From Bacilli bacterium (GTDB lineage: Bacteria > Bacillota_I > Bacilli_A > RF39 > UBA660), in the NCBI GenBank assembly GCA_900772095.1, contig CAAGQJ010000031.1, positions 14,479 to 78,478 of the forward strand: a stretch of 64,000 nucleotides of DNA. Direction: 5' to 3'. A program made the translations under genes and the position numbers. Below the pieces are notes generated by a model that had not been told where the DNA came from, did not search any database, and worked only from the letters and a program-made list of their open reading frames with translations. Shown one piece after another: positions 9,917-18,308 of this stretch (the first letter of the stretch is position 1; every line of letters starts with the position of its first letter).

Positions 9917-10510
9917 ATGAAATTTAGTGAAAAACTTAACGATTTATTTAATCGTCTTACTACAAGTTATGATGGTCCTTCTAAGGAAGCTGAAGAATTT
10001 GAGAGAATGGTTAGTGAAAAAGTAAAAGATGAGAGAAAAGATATAATTGATGAGGAGTATTTAAATAAATTAGTCAATTATATTGCAACTAATGAGCCTA
10101 ATTATCTTATAGTTAAAGAGCAAGAAGAAGTATCTGTACCAATTCCTTCAAATAATGATTATGCTAGTTCAAAAGATTATGAACGTGCTAAGAAAATAAG
10201 AAAGTTTATTGTGTCTGTAGCGTCTTTTATTGCAATTTCTTATGCTATTTTTATGATTTCTTCTAAAAGGAATACTAAAGAAGATGGTAGTGAGAAACCA
10301 AGTATTAATTCTTATGAGACTGTAAGTGATGAGGAAACAAAGGAAAAGCGTTCAATAAGTGGTGAACAATTATATAAGATATTTATACAATATGCTAAAG
10401 ATAATGATTTAGCAATAACTCGTGAAAATTACGTAGATTTTTTAGAAGCATTTGAAGATTATTTTGTAAATGGTGGTACTTATCCATCTAGAGGAGATAC
10501 AAGACCATGA
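9917..10510 (+). CDS. bitopic membrane protein, copy 1 of the duplicated module
   Basis: Charged N-terminus, a single TM (FIVSVASFIAISYAIFMISS), and a C-terminal segment EQLYKIFIQYAKDNDLAITRENYVDFLEAFEDYF that is shared with 10733-11821. Confidence 0.5.
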   Translation: MKFSEKLNDLFNRLTTSYDGPSKEAEEFERMVSEKVKDERKDIIDEEYLNKLVNYIATNEPNYLIVKEQEEVSVPIPSNNDYASSKDYERAKKIRKFIVSVASFIAISYAIFMISSKRNTKEDGSEKPSINSYETVSDEETKEKRSISGEQLYKIFIQYAKDNDLAITRENYVDFLEAFEDYFVNGGTYPSRGDTRP

Positions 10511-10740
10511 GTAAAGATATTATTGTATTAGATGGAAGAGATTTTTTAATAGTAGAAAGAGTAACTTATCAAGATGAGAACTATTTATATGTAATAGCAA
10601 CAGATGGTTCTAATGATATTACAGTATTACATGAATATGAGAAAATGAATAAGAAGTATGTTAAGAGTATTACAGATAAAGATATAATAGATAAAGTATT
10701 TCTTTTAGTAGCACAAAAATATGAGGTAAATAATGCATAA
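10507..10740 (+). CDS. DUF1292-like small protein, copy 1
   Basis: 77 aa. The ATGA overlap with the upstream gene indicates coupling. It shares 52/77 residues with 11824-12057. The motif DGRDFLIVERVTYQDENYLYVIA resembles DUF1292/YrzB. Confidence 0.5.
   Translation: MSKDIIVLDGRDFLIVERVTYQDENYLYVIATDGSNDITVLHEYEKMNKKYVKSITDKDIIDKVFLLVAQKYEVNNA
10561..10599 (+). repeat. 39-nt block identical to 11878-11916
   Basis: GTAACTTATCAAGATGAGAACTATTTATATGTAATAGCA occurs in both small genes. Confidence 0.9.
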
Positions 10741-11821
10741 TATAGATGATTATATTAATAAGGAAATAGATGATAATTTTCCTTTGGATGATGATATAGA
10801 TAAGTTTATAGAAATTATTGATAAACAAAGGAAAGTATTGGGAAAATGTATAGATGCACCTACTATGCCTAAATTTAGAACTTTTACTAATTCTGAAGAT
10901 GAAAGACCTGTTCAAAGTAAAAGGGAAGCAGAATTAGAGGAAATGCTTCGTGAAAGTATTATAAATGACCCTGATTATTTTAAGAAACTGAGTGTTGAAA
11001 TTGCTAGAAGAAAAGAAGAGGAAAAGAGAAAAAAGGAAGAACGAATAGACGAGGAAAAAAGAAGATTTAGTACTAATGAAGAGTTAATTGATGATGATGA
11101 TGATGATGATCCTTTTAAAGATATGTTTCATTTTTTTGAGAGTGATAAGCCTAAGGAAGAAAAAAGAGAATATGAAACAAGACTTTATAGTGGCGATGAT
11201 GTGTTTAGTCATATTTTTTCTGATATAGATAATGCTGGGAAGTCTACTGCTTTAAGTAAAGTTGATAATTCTTCACGTGAAGAGAAGAAAGAAAGTAGGA
11301 AGATAAGGGATGCATTTGATAGTTATGTACATACTTCTAATAGAAAGGAAGAATTACGAAGGGCTAAAATTGCTAGATGTACAGATGCTATTTTTGGTAA
11401 ATTCCAAGATGTGATAGACTTTTTAAGTGATAAAATTTTTGAACCAATTTCAGATTTTTTTAGAGATGCTGAACCTAAAGAAGTGATTTTTGCGACTGCC
11501 GGTATAATAATAATTATTGGTACCTGTGTTGTTACTACGCTTGATAAGTCTTTACAGGAAAATCAAGGAAGAATTGCGCCAAGTCCTACACCAAGTCCTA
11601 CGCCAAAACATACTCATACAATTACTATGAATAATTTAAATACTCCAACAACATTTGTTCAAAGGGAAGATGGTAGTGTAACTAATACATTTGATGAAGA
11701 AGTATATCAAAAGTTTGAAGATTATGCTAGGGAAAATAATCTTATAATGAATAGTGAAAACTTTGAGAAATTTTGTGATATGTTTTATAGTGATACTAAT
11801 AATCGTAGTTCTAGGAGGTAA
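10733..11821 (+). CDS. bitopic membrane protein, copy 2 of the duplicated module (expanded)
   Basis: Long acidic/basic N-terminus (poly-D, KEE repeats), TM VIFATAGIIIIIGTCVVTTL, Pro/Thr linker SPTPSPTPKH, and C-terminal EEVYQKFEDYARENNLIMNSENFEKFCDMFYSD. Confidence 0.5.
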   Translation: MHNIDDYINKEIDDNFPLDDDIDKFIEIIDKQRKVLGKCIDAPTMPKFRTFTNSEDERPVQSKREAELEEMLRESIINDPDYFKKLSVEIARRKEEEKRKKEERIDEEKRRFSTNEELIDDDDDDDPFKDMFHFFESDKPKEEKREYETRLYSGDDVFSHIFSDIDNAGKSTALSKVDNSSREEKKESRKIRDAFDSYVHTSNRKEELRRAKIARCTDAIFGKFQDVIDFLSDKIFEPISDFFRDAEPKEVIFATAGIIIIIGTCVVTTLDKSLQENQGRIAPSPTPSPTPKHTHTITMNNLNTPTTFVQREDGSVTNTFDEEVYQKFEDYARENNLIMNSENFEKFCDMFYSDTNNRSSRR

Positions 11822-11823
11822 TT

Positions 11824-12057
11824 ATGGATAAGGATATGATTAAATTAGATAATAGGGACTTTTTGGTTATTGATAAAGTAACTTATCAAGATGAGAACTA
11901 TTTATATGTAATAGCAGTAGATGGTAAAAATGATATTACAATATTACATGAATATGAAAAAATGAATAAAAAGTATGTTGAAAGTATTACTGATAGAGAT
12001 TTAATAGATAAAATATTCTATATAGTAGCACATAATTCTAGTAGAGGTGATATTTAA
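11824..12057 (+). CDS. DUF1292-like small protein, copy 2
   Basis: 77 aa, a paralogue of 10507-10740. AGGAGG RBS lies inside the upstream stop region. Confidence 0.5.
   Translation: MDKDMIKLDNRDFLVIDKVTYQDENYLYVIAVDGKNDITILHEYEKMNKKYVESITDRDLIDKIFYIVAHNSSRGDI
11878..11916 (+). repeat. 39-nt block identical to 10561-10599
   Basis: Same string as 10561-10599, read directly from the sequence. Confidence 0.9.
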
Positions 12058-12058
12058 A

Positions 12059-12310
12059 ATGACTGATTTAGAAGTATTGGATAGTCCTCGAACATATGTA
12101 AATTTAATTAACGTATATAGAAAGAATAAAGCTACAGCGCATTTAAATGGTTCATATAATTATATAAATTTTAAGGCTCAAGAGGAACAAATTATTCAAG
12201 GTAAAACTGATGAAACATTAATTCCAACTGCTTTAGTAATATCATGTGGTTATTCTATTGATATGCTTGGTGGTGACCATAATTTTTTAAAACCTTATAG
12301 AGGTAGATAG
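12059..12310 (+). CDS. hypothetical 83-aa protein
   Basis: ATG 12059 with AGAGGTG RBS. It is the last gene before terminator 12309-12339. I recognise no motif. Confidence 0.4.
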   Translation: MTDLEVLDSPRTYVNLINVYRKNKATAHLNGSYNYINFKAQEEQIIQGKTDETLIPTALVISCGYSIDMLGGDHNFLKPYRGR

Positions 12311-12339
12311 GAAGAAGAAAAAAATTCTTCCTTTTTTTG
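12309..12339 (+). terminator. rho-independent terminator
   Basis: AGGAAGAA / TTCTTCCT hairpin plus T7. Confidence 0.6.
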
Positions 12340-12376
12340 TGTTTTTTTGATATAATCTTTGCATGGAGATGATATT

Positions 12377-13648
12377 ATGTTTGTAGATGAGGTAAATATT
12401 AAGTTAATCGCAGGAAATGGTGGGGATGGTTGTACAGCTTTTAGAAGGGAAAAATACATAGAATTTGGTGGTCCATATGGTGGTAATGGTGGAAAAGGTT
12501 CTGATATAATATTTAAAGTTGATGAGGGATTAAGGACTTTAATTGATTTAAGATATAATAAAATAATCAAGGGGGATAAAGGAGAAAATGGTCAAGGCAA
12601 GAATAAAAATGGAAGAGGCGCTAAGGATATAGTTGTTAAAGTACCACAAGGAACTATTGTTACAGACCTTGATACAAATATAGTTATATGTGATTTAAAA
12701 AATAAAGATGATGAATTTGTTATAGCTAAAGGTGGTCGTGGTGGAAGAGGTAATACAGCTTTTAAAACGTTAAGTAATCCTGCACCAAATTTTTCTGAAA
12801 AGGGTGAGCCTGGAGAAGAAAGAAATATTAAAGTAGAAATAAAATTATTAGCGGATGTTGGATTAGTTGGTATGCCTTCAGTTGGAAAAAGTACTATTAT
12901 TTCTAAAATTTCTAATTCTAAACCCAAAATAGCAGAATATCATTTTACTACTATAAATCCTAATTTAGGAGTGGTAAAAACTACTGATAATAGAAGTTTT
13001 ACAGTAGTAGATTTACCTGGTTTAATTGAAGGTGCATCTTTAGGACAAGGACTAGGGGATAAGTTTTTAAGACATATTGAAAGAACTAGAGTAATTGCAC
13101 ATGTTATTGATATGGCGGGAACTGAAGGAAGAAATCCTTATGAAGATTATTTGAAAATATGTAAAGAGTTAAGTGATTTTAATGAAAATTTATTAAAAAA
13201 GGAACAAATAATAATAGCAAATAAAATGGATATTGATAGTGCTAAAGAGAATTTAATAGAGTTTAAAAAGAAAGTAAAGGATATTAAAATATTTGAAGTA
13301 TCTGCATTAGAGAATAAGGGTTTTGAAGAGGTGTTATTATTTTTAGCGGATTTATTAGATAAAATAGAGGTTACTCCTTTAGTAGAGGAAACTTATGATG
13401 ATTATATATTATATAAGTATAAAAAGGAAGAACCATTTACTATAACTCGTGAAAATAATTATTATATAATTAAGGGAGAAGTTGTAGAAAAATTATTTAG
13501 AATGACTAAGTTTAATACAGAGGAGGCAGTAATTCGTTTTGCTAAAAAACTTACTAGACTTGGAATTGATGATAAGTTAGAAGAAATGGGTGCTAAGCAG
13601 GGTGATATAGTAAAAATTCTTGATTATGAATTTGAATATAGAAATTAA
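12377..13648 (+). CDS. obg: GTPase Obg/CgtA
   Basis: MFVDEV.., a Gly-rich Obg fold (GNGGDGCTAFRREKY, GGPYGGNGGKGS), G1 GMPSVGKST, G3 DLPG, G4 NKMD, and a C-terminal OCT-like domain. Confidence 0.9.
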   Translation: MFVDEVNIKLIAGNGGDGCTAFRREKYIEFGGPYGGNGGKGSDIIFKVDEGLRTLIDLRYNKIIKGDKGENGQGKNKNGRGAKDIVVKVPQGTIVTDLDTNIVICDLKNKDDEFVIAKGGRGGRGNTAFKTLSNPAPNFSEKGEPGEERNIKVEIKLLADVGLVGMPSVGKSTIISKISNSKPKIAEYHFTTINPNLGVVKTTDNRSFTVVDLPGLIEGASLGQGLGDKFLRHIERTRVIAHVIDMAGTEGRNPYEDYLKICKELSDFNENLLKKEQIIIANKMDIDSAKENLIEFKKKVKDIKIFEVSALENKGFEEVLLFLADLLDKIEVTPLVEETYDDYILYKYKKEEPFTITRENNYYIIKGEVVEKLFRMTKFNTEEAVIRFAKKLTRLGIDDKLEEMGAKQGDIVKILDYEFEYRN

Positions 13649-13654
13649 TAGGAA

Positions 13655-13693
13655 AAGCAAAAATGTAAAAACTCTAGACATTTCTGCTTTTTT
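13655..13693 (+). terminator. rho-independent terminator after obg
   Basis: AAGCAAAAATGT / ACATTTCTGCTT (one mismatch) followed by a T run. Confidence 0.55.
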
Positions 13694-13728
13694 CTTTTAT
13701 ACTTAATATGAAGGGTAGGTAGTAAGAA

Positions 13729-14490
13729 ATGGATGAAATTAAAGTATATTTATTAGGGCATACAATGTCTTTATTTAACGATAGACCAGAAGCTGTTGTA
13801 GCTACAGCGGGTAAGTTATGTTATAGTAAATCTGATATAAAATCACTTGCTAATAAGCAAACTGATGAAAGTATTGATAAGTTTGTAAATATGTTAAGTT
13901 CTTTGGGGCATGAATCACCAATTGAACATATTTCATTTACTTTTGGTATTGAGGGAGTAAGCCGTGCATGTACTCATCAGTTAGTAAGACATCGTGTTGC
14001 AAGTTATTCACAGCAAAGTCAAAGATATGTTGATTTAAGTGAAACATATAAATATATTACACCTCCAGCAATTAAAGAGGATGAAGAATTATTAAGTTTA
14101 TATGATAAAGCAAATGAAGAAATATTTGATAATTATAAAAAAATTAGTAATATTTTAGAAAAAAAATATATTGACAATGGAATGAAGGAAAAGGATGCGA
14201 AGAAAAAAGCAATTGAGGATGCAAGATATATTTTACCTAATGCATGTGAAACTAAAATAATTGTAACTATGAATGCAAGAGAACTTTTACATTTCTTTAA
14301 AGAAAGATGTTGTAATCGTGCTCAATGGGAAATAAGAGAAGTAGCAAATCAAATGCTTGATTTATGTTTAGAAGTTGCACCAAATATTTTTCAAAAAGCA
14401 GGAGCTCCATGTGTATTTGGAAAATGTAAAGAGGGTGCTATGTCATGTGGTCATAGACCTTCTCCTAGAAAGAGGCAAAGAAGTGAGTAA
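13729..14490 (+). CDS. thyX: flavin-dependent thymidylate synthase ThyX
   Basis: ThyX signature RHRVASYSQQSQRY. Confidence 0.85.
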   Translation: MDEIKVYLLGHTMSLFNDRPEAVVATAGKLCYSKSDIKSLANKQTDESIDKFVNMLSSLGHESPIEHISFTFGIEGVSRACTHQLVRHRVASYSQQSQRYVDLSETYKYITPPAIKEDEELLSLYDKANEEIFDNYKKISNILEKKYIDNGMKEKDAKKKAIEDARYILPNACETKIIVTMNARELLHFFKERCCNRAQWEIREVANQMLDLCLEVAPNIFQKAGAPCVFGKCKEGAMSCGHRPSPRKRQRSE

Positions 14491-15142
14491 ATTAATTGTA
14501 GTGGAAGGTACTGATTGTTCTGGAAAGGAAACTCAAAGTCGTTTATTAGTAGAAAAGTTAAATAGTATGGGTAAAAAAAGTGTTTATATAACATTTCCAA
14601 ATTATAATTCTCCAACTGGTAAAATAGTTGGAGGACCTTATTTAGGTAAAGAAGAAATATGTAAATCATTTTTTAAAGAAGGGGCAGTACATGTAGATCC
14701 TAAAATAGCAAGTCTTTATTTTGCGGCAGACCGTTATTATAATTTAAGTACTATACAAAAGTATTTAGATGATGGATATATAATTATAATGGATAGATAT
14801 GTTACTAGTAATATGGCTCATCAGGGTGGTAAAATAACTTCTAAAGAAGAAAGAAAAAAAATTTATGATTTTATTGACCAGTTAGAATATGGTTTACTTC
14901 ATCTTCCAAAGCCTGATAAAACAATTTTTTTACATATGCCATATGAATATGCTTTAGAACTTAAGAAAAATAGATTAAGTTTGGATGAACATGAGAAGAG
15001 TAAAGAGCATTTAAAAAATGCTGAAAAAGCATATTTAGAATTAAAAGATATATATAATTTTACCTATGTAAATTGTGTTAGTGATGACAAAATAAGAACT
15101 ATTGAAGATATAAATAATGAAATATTAAGGTTTATTCCTTAA
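14483..15142 (+). CDS. tmk: thymidylate kinase
   Basis: GTG 14483 (GAAAGAGG RBS) overlaps the thyX stop by 8 nt. P-loop VVEGTDCSGKETQ and the DRY box (MDRYVTSNMAHQ). Confidence 0.8.
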   Translation: MSKLIVVEGTDCSGKETQSRLLVEKLNSMGKKSVYITFPNYNSPTGKIVGGPYLGKEEICKSFFKEGAVHVDPKIASLYFAADRYYNLSTIQKYLDDGYIIIMDRYVTSNMAHQGGKITSKEERKKIYDFIDQLEYGLLHLPKPDKTIFLHMPYEYALELKKNRLSLDEHEKSKEHLKNAEKAYLELKDIYNFTYVNCVSDDKIRTIEDINNEILRFIP

Positions 15143-15494
15143 TGTTTTTATTTATTCCAAACATTGCTCCTAGCATAGTAGAAAGAATTATAATTAAATA
15201 AAATAATAAGTTACTCCATTTAAAGTTTGAAAATCCTAGTATTGATAGTAAAAATATGATAATTACATATATAATACCTAGTTTTATTCCTTCTAGATAA
15301 CCTTTTTTATCACTATTTTTACCAATCATAAAACCTCCTACAAAAGTTGCTATGATTGAAACAATAATTTTCAATATTTTTAAAACGCTGGTACTTAGTA
15401 TGTCAAAATAACTAAATATTGTAAGAAATAAAGTTATTCCAAATATAATAGCAAAAATATATCCTAAAGATATTAAGTATTTTTTAATATTCAT
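15132..15494 (-). CDS. small four-TM membrane protein, function unknown
   Basis: 120 aa, four hydrophobic helices, convergent with tmk (11-nt overlap). Confidence 0.5.
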   Translation of the reverse strand: MNIKKYLISLGYIFAIIFGITLFLTIFSYFDILSTSVLKILKIIVSIIATFVGGFMIGKNSDKKGYLEGIKLGIIYVIIIFLLSILGFSNFKWSNLLFYLIIILSTMLGAMFGINKNIKE

Positions 15495-15540
15495 TTTTAT
15501 TCACCTAGTAATTAATATGAAAAAGAAGGTAAAAATATTA

Positions 15541-15617
15541 TAATAAGTTGAAAATAATCTAATTTTATGGTATATTTGTTATGATAGAAAGTGATAGTAG
15601 GGAGGAGAAAATGAAAG
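15541..15617 (+). repeat. promoter/5'UTR block A, near-identical to 17691-17767
   Basis: 5 mismatches and no gaps over 77 nt by hand alignment. It contains TTGAAA (15548-15553), a 17-nt spacer, TGgTATATT (-10 at 15571-15576) and an AGGGAGG RBS. Confidence 0.85.
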
Positions 15618-16036
15618 GTAAAAAGTTAAGAGTAGTTTTAATATTTTTGATAATAGTTCTTGTATTAATTGTATTTTTTACTACTAAAATATTGGTAAAT
15701 AAGCATATAAATTCTAATTATTATAAAAAATTATTAGAAAAAGAAACTTGGGTAATTGTAAAAACTGAATATTTATATGATAATTATTTGACTACTTATG
15801 AAGACACGGGGTTATCATTTAGTTTTAATAATGGTAATTTAAGAATATGTGGTGTTAATGGATGTAATGATACGTTGTATACTTTGAAAAATAATAAATT
15901 AAAAATAGATAAATATGGTGATGAGAGTTTTTATGGGTTATATGAAGTTGATTATCAAAACGAATTATTAGGTCTTAAAATGTTTTATGAAGATAATGGT
16001 TATGTTAAATACTATTTAGATATTGTTAAGGGGTAG
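15611..16036 (+). CDS. signal-anchored small protein, cassette A
   Basis: ATG 15611 after AGGGAGG. MKGKKLRVVLIFLIIVLVLIVFF, then a Tyr/Asn-rich ectodomain. Confidence 0.5.
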   Translation: MKGKKLRVVLIFLIIVLVLIVFFTTKILVNKHINSNYYKKLLEKETWVIVKTEYLYDNYLTTYEDTGLSFSFNNGNLRICGVNGCNDTLYTLKNNKLKIDKYGDESFYGLYEVDYQNELLGLKMFYEDNGYVKYYLDIVKG

Positions 16037-16043
16037 GAGATTT

Positions 16044-17609
16044 ATGAGAAATAAAAAAGGTTTTACTCTAGTAGAAATAATAATTGTAGTGGCAATAATT
16101 GGAATTCTAGCAGGTATTATTATTTCTAGTGTAACTAGATATATAAAAAAAGGAAAAAATGATTATAATTATAAATTAGAAACAGAATTAGTATCAATAG
16201 CAAAGGGTTATTATTCTGAACATAAAAAGGAGTTACCAGATGGTAGACCTGTTGCTTTTAAAGTACTTTGGGCAAGTTTTTTATCAAGTAATAATTATTT
16301 AAGTAGTACTTTTATTGATGCTGATGGAAATAAGTGTTTAAATAGTTATGTTATTGTAGAAAAAGGTAAAGATGATTATAGTTATACTTCGTGTATAGTG
16401 TGTGATAATGGTTATAAAACAAATAATGATGCTTGTACATTTGATAATAATTATATTGGGGATATAACTCCGCCACAATGTAATAAAGTAAGTGCTACTA
16501 ATATAAGTAATGGTTATGTAAATGGGAAAATATATTTAGAAATAGATGCAGTTGATAGTGGTTCTGGTATTTCTAAGTATAAGATTAATGATATAGAAGT
16601 ACCTTATAAAAGTAATGAAAATCCATTTAAATATACATTTTTAACTTCTTTAGAGGGTAAAATTAATATAAAAGTTAAAGTTTATGATAAAGCCGGGAAT
16701 GAAGCAACTTGTGATGATTTTTCTTTGATAGTAGATAGGACTAAACCAGTAATTAAAAAGTTTACTATTGTTTCTAATAATTATGAGATAAATACTAAGG
16801 AAGCAACTGCTACAGTTTTGGGAACTGATAGTTCTAGTGGTGTAGATAAAGTGTGTATAACTACTAGTGATGATAGTAGTACATGTTCTTGGACTGATAC
16901 GACTTCAAATGAATACATTGATAAAAGCTTTAAAACTAAATCTGATACAGGAAGTGGAGAAACAGAAAGTTTTTATGCGTTTATAAAAGACAAGGCTGGA
17001 AATGTGTCAGATAGTAAGAAAGTTGATTATAAATTATATACTTATTGTACTTACAATATTAGAAAAGAAGGTGAATGGGGTTCTTGTTCTAAGGATTGTG
17101 GAGGTGGTGTTCAAAAAAGAACAATATATTATAATGATAAATATGTACCTTCTCATAGTTGTCCAGCTGGTGAAGAAACTCAGTCTTGTAATACTAATTC
17201 TTGTGGCTCTTATTGTTATAAAGTTACGGCGTCAAGTGGTTTAAATTGTCGTAGTGGTCCAGGTACTAGTTATGGTAAAGTAACAAGTTTTAATGCTTGG
17301 GAATATTTTATGTTTAGTCCTAGAAGTGATGGTTGGTATTACAATAGTACTTATGATTGCTATTCTAGTTCTGATTATTTAGAATATTATTCTTCATCAT
17401 GTCCCGGTTCTAGTTCTGGAGGAGGTAGTTCTGGTGGCGCTTCTTGTACATGTCCTTCTGGTTATATTAAGATGGGTACTACATGTTATAGAAAATGTTT
17501 GGTTAATAGTATAAAACCAGGGGAAAAATGTAGTAATTGTCCAGGAGGTCAAGCTGGTTTTGCTGGTAATACTGGATACTGCATGAATAGTTATAAATCT
17601 TGTTCTTAG
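16044..17609 (+). CDS. large type IV prepilin-type protein (class III signal) with Ig-like, TSP1-like, SH3b-like and Cys-rich modules
   Basis: MRNKKG|FTLVEIIIVVAIIGILAG is a prepilin cleavage/methylation motif. DKAGN-type Ig-like repeats are present. See the sub-features. Confidence 0.75.
   Translation: MRNKKGFTLVEIIIVVAIIGILAGIIISSVTRYIKKGKNDYNYKLETELVSIAKGYYSEHKKELPDGRPVAFKVLWASFLSSNNYLSSTFIDADGNKCLNSYVIVEKGKDDYSYTSCIVCDNGYKTNNDACTFDNNYIGDITPPQCNKVSATNISNGYVNGKIYLEIDAVDSGSGISKYKINDIEVPYKSNENPFKYTFLTSLEGKINIKVKVYDKAGNEATCDDFSLIVDRTKPVIKKFTIVSNNYEINTKEATATVLGTDSSSGVDKVCITTSDDSSTCSWTDTTSNEYIDKSFKTKSDTGSGETESFYAFIKDKAGNVSDSKKVDYKLYTYCTYNIRKEGEWGSCSKDCGGGVQKRTIYYNDKYVPSHSCPAGEETQSCNTNSCGSYCYKVTASSGLNCRSGPGTSYGKVTSFNAWEYFMFSPRSDGWYYNSTYDCYSSSDYLEYYSSSCPGSSSGGGSSGGASCTCPSGYIKMGTTCYRKCLVNSIKPGEKCSNCPGGQAGFAGNTGYCMNSYKSCS
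17043..17207 (+). other. thrombospondin type-1 repeat-like module
   Basis: YCTYNIRKEGEWGSCSKDCGGGVQKRTIYYNDKYVPSHSCPAGEETQSCNTNSCG fits W-x-x-C-S-x-x-C-G-x-G-x-x-x-R...C...C-N-x-x-x-C. Confidence 0.5.
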
Positions 17610-17633
17610 TAGATTTAAATAAAGATAAAGTAA

Positions 17634-17673
17634 AATATGATACTGGTTATTTATAAGAGGTATCATATTTTTT
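17634..17673 (+). terminator. hairpin terminator after cassette A
   Basis: AATATGATAC / GTATCATATT stem with a 16-nt loop, then a T run. Confidence 0.5.
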
Positions 17674-17690
17674 GATATATAAAAATATGA

Positions 17691-17767
17691 TAATAAGTTG
17701 AAAATAATCTAACTTTATGGTATATTTATTATGATAGAAAGTAATAATAGGGAGGAAAAAATGAAAG
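17691..17767 (+). repeat. promoter/5'UTR block B, near-identical to 15541-15617
   Basis: Same TTGAAA-17-TGgTATATT promoter and AGGGAGG RBS. 5 of 77 nt differ. Confidence 0.85.
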
Positions 17768-18246
17768 AGAAAACGTTAAAGATAATTTTAATATTTTTAG
17801 TGATTGTTTTAGTTATTGTTTCTACATTTACAATATTAAAATTCGCTAAAAAAAGTGGTATAAGAAAAGATATAGTAAATAATGCTCCTGTAGATATGGA
17901 TAAAGAATTAAATAGAACTAGAAATAATAGTGGTGAAATAACAAAGCCACATACTTTAGATAATTTAACTGTAACAGGAATAAATATTTTATGTGAGAAA
18001 GATTTATTTTGTGTAGTAAAGGGAATATTAACTAATAATAGTGATAAGGAAGTAAAAGATAAATATATAAAATATACTTTTTATTATAATGATAAAGAAA
18101 AAATAGAAGCATTATATTATGAAAGTATAAAACCAAATGAAACAGTAGATATAGAAATTCAATCAAATGATTTTGATATAGTTAATGCTACTTCATATAA
18201 AATTGAAACTATTGAGAAGGAAGAATACGAAAAATTAATTGGTTGA
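17761..18246 (+). CDS. signal-anchored small protein, cassette B
   Basis: ATG 17761. MKEKTLKIILIFLVIVLVIV. The ectodomain is unrelated to its cassette A counterpart. Confidence 0.5.
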   Translation: MKEKTLKIILIFLVIVLVIVSTFTILKFAKKSGIRKDIVNNAPVDMDKELNRTRNNSGEITKPHTLDNLTVTGINILCEKDLFCVVKGILTNNSDKEVKDKYIKYTFYYNDKEKIEALYYESIKPNETVDIEIQSNDFDIVNATSYKIETIEKEEYEKLIG

Positions 18247-18308
18247 AATGACAAAATAAACATGATATTATTAATTGTAGGATAGTATCATACTTTTGGA
18301 GGATTTAT

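Noticed and set aside
10484-12055. RGD tripeptides at the C-termini of two proteins in the duplicated module (..PSRGDTRP at about 10486-10494 and ..SSRGDI at about 12043-12051), considered as possible integrin-type adhesion motifs.
   Set aside because: In both cases the codons AGAGGWGAT are the Shine-Dalgarno sequence (AGAGGAG or AGAGGTG) of the next, translationally coupled gene. The motif is most simply a by-product of the embedded RBS. In addition, one of the two proteins is cytoplasmic.
12295-12927. Track ORFs antisense to obg, together with similar antisense or alternate-frame ORFs elsewhere. These are 4327-4566, 7552-7737, 8839-9030, 10670-10915, 14451-14669, 17002-17244, 17397-17666, 24335-24586, 27326-27526, 36482-36796, 40462-40755, 41005-41319, 42599-42811, 45567-45764, 46461-46655, 46936-47244, 47425-47883, 47887-48072, 51641-51844, 53470-53658, 54898-55449, 55703-55903, 56222-56410, 59150-59389 and 62896-63078.
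   Set aside because: Each is fully or largely embedded in a longer ORF that has clear family motifs. None has a convincing RBS, and their compositions are mirror images of the real genes (for example, Pro-rich frames opposite the Gly-rich Obg fold).
14375-14482. The upstream part of the tmk ORF, which overlaps thyX by 116 nt.
   Set aside because: The Tmk P-loop begins right after GTG 14483, which has a good RBS. The upstream residues have no Tmk counterpart and lie inside the thyX coding frame.
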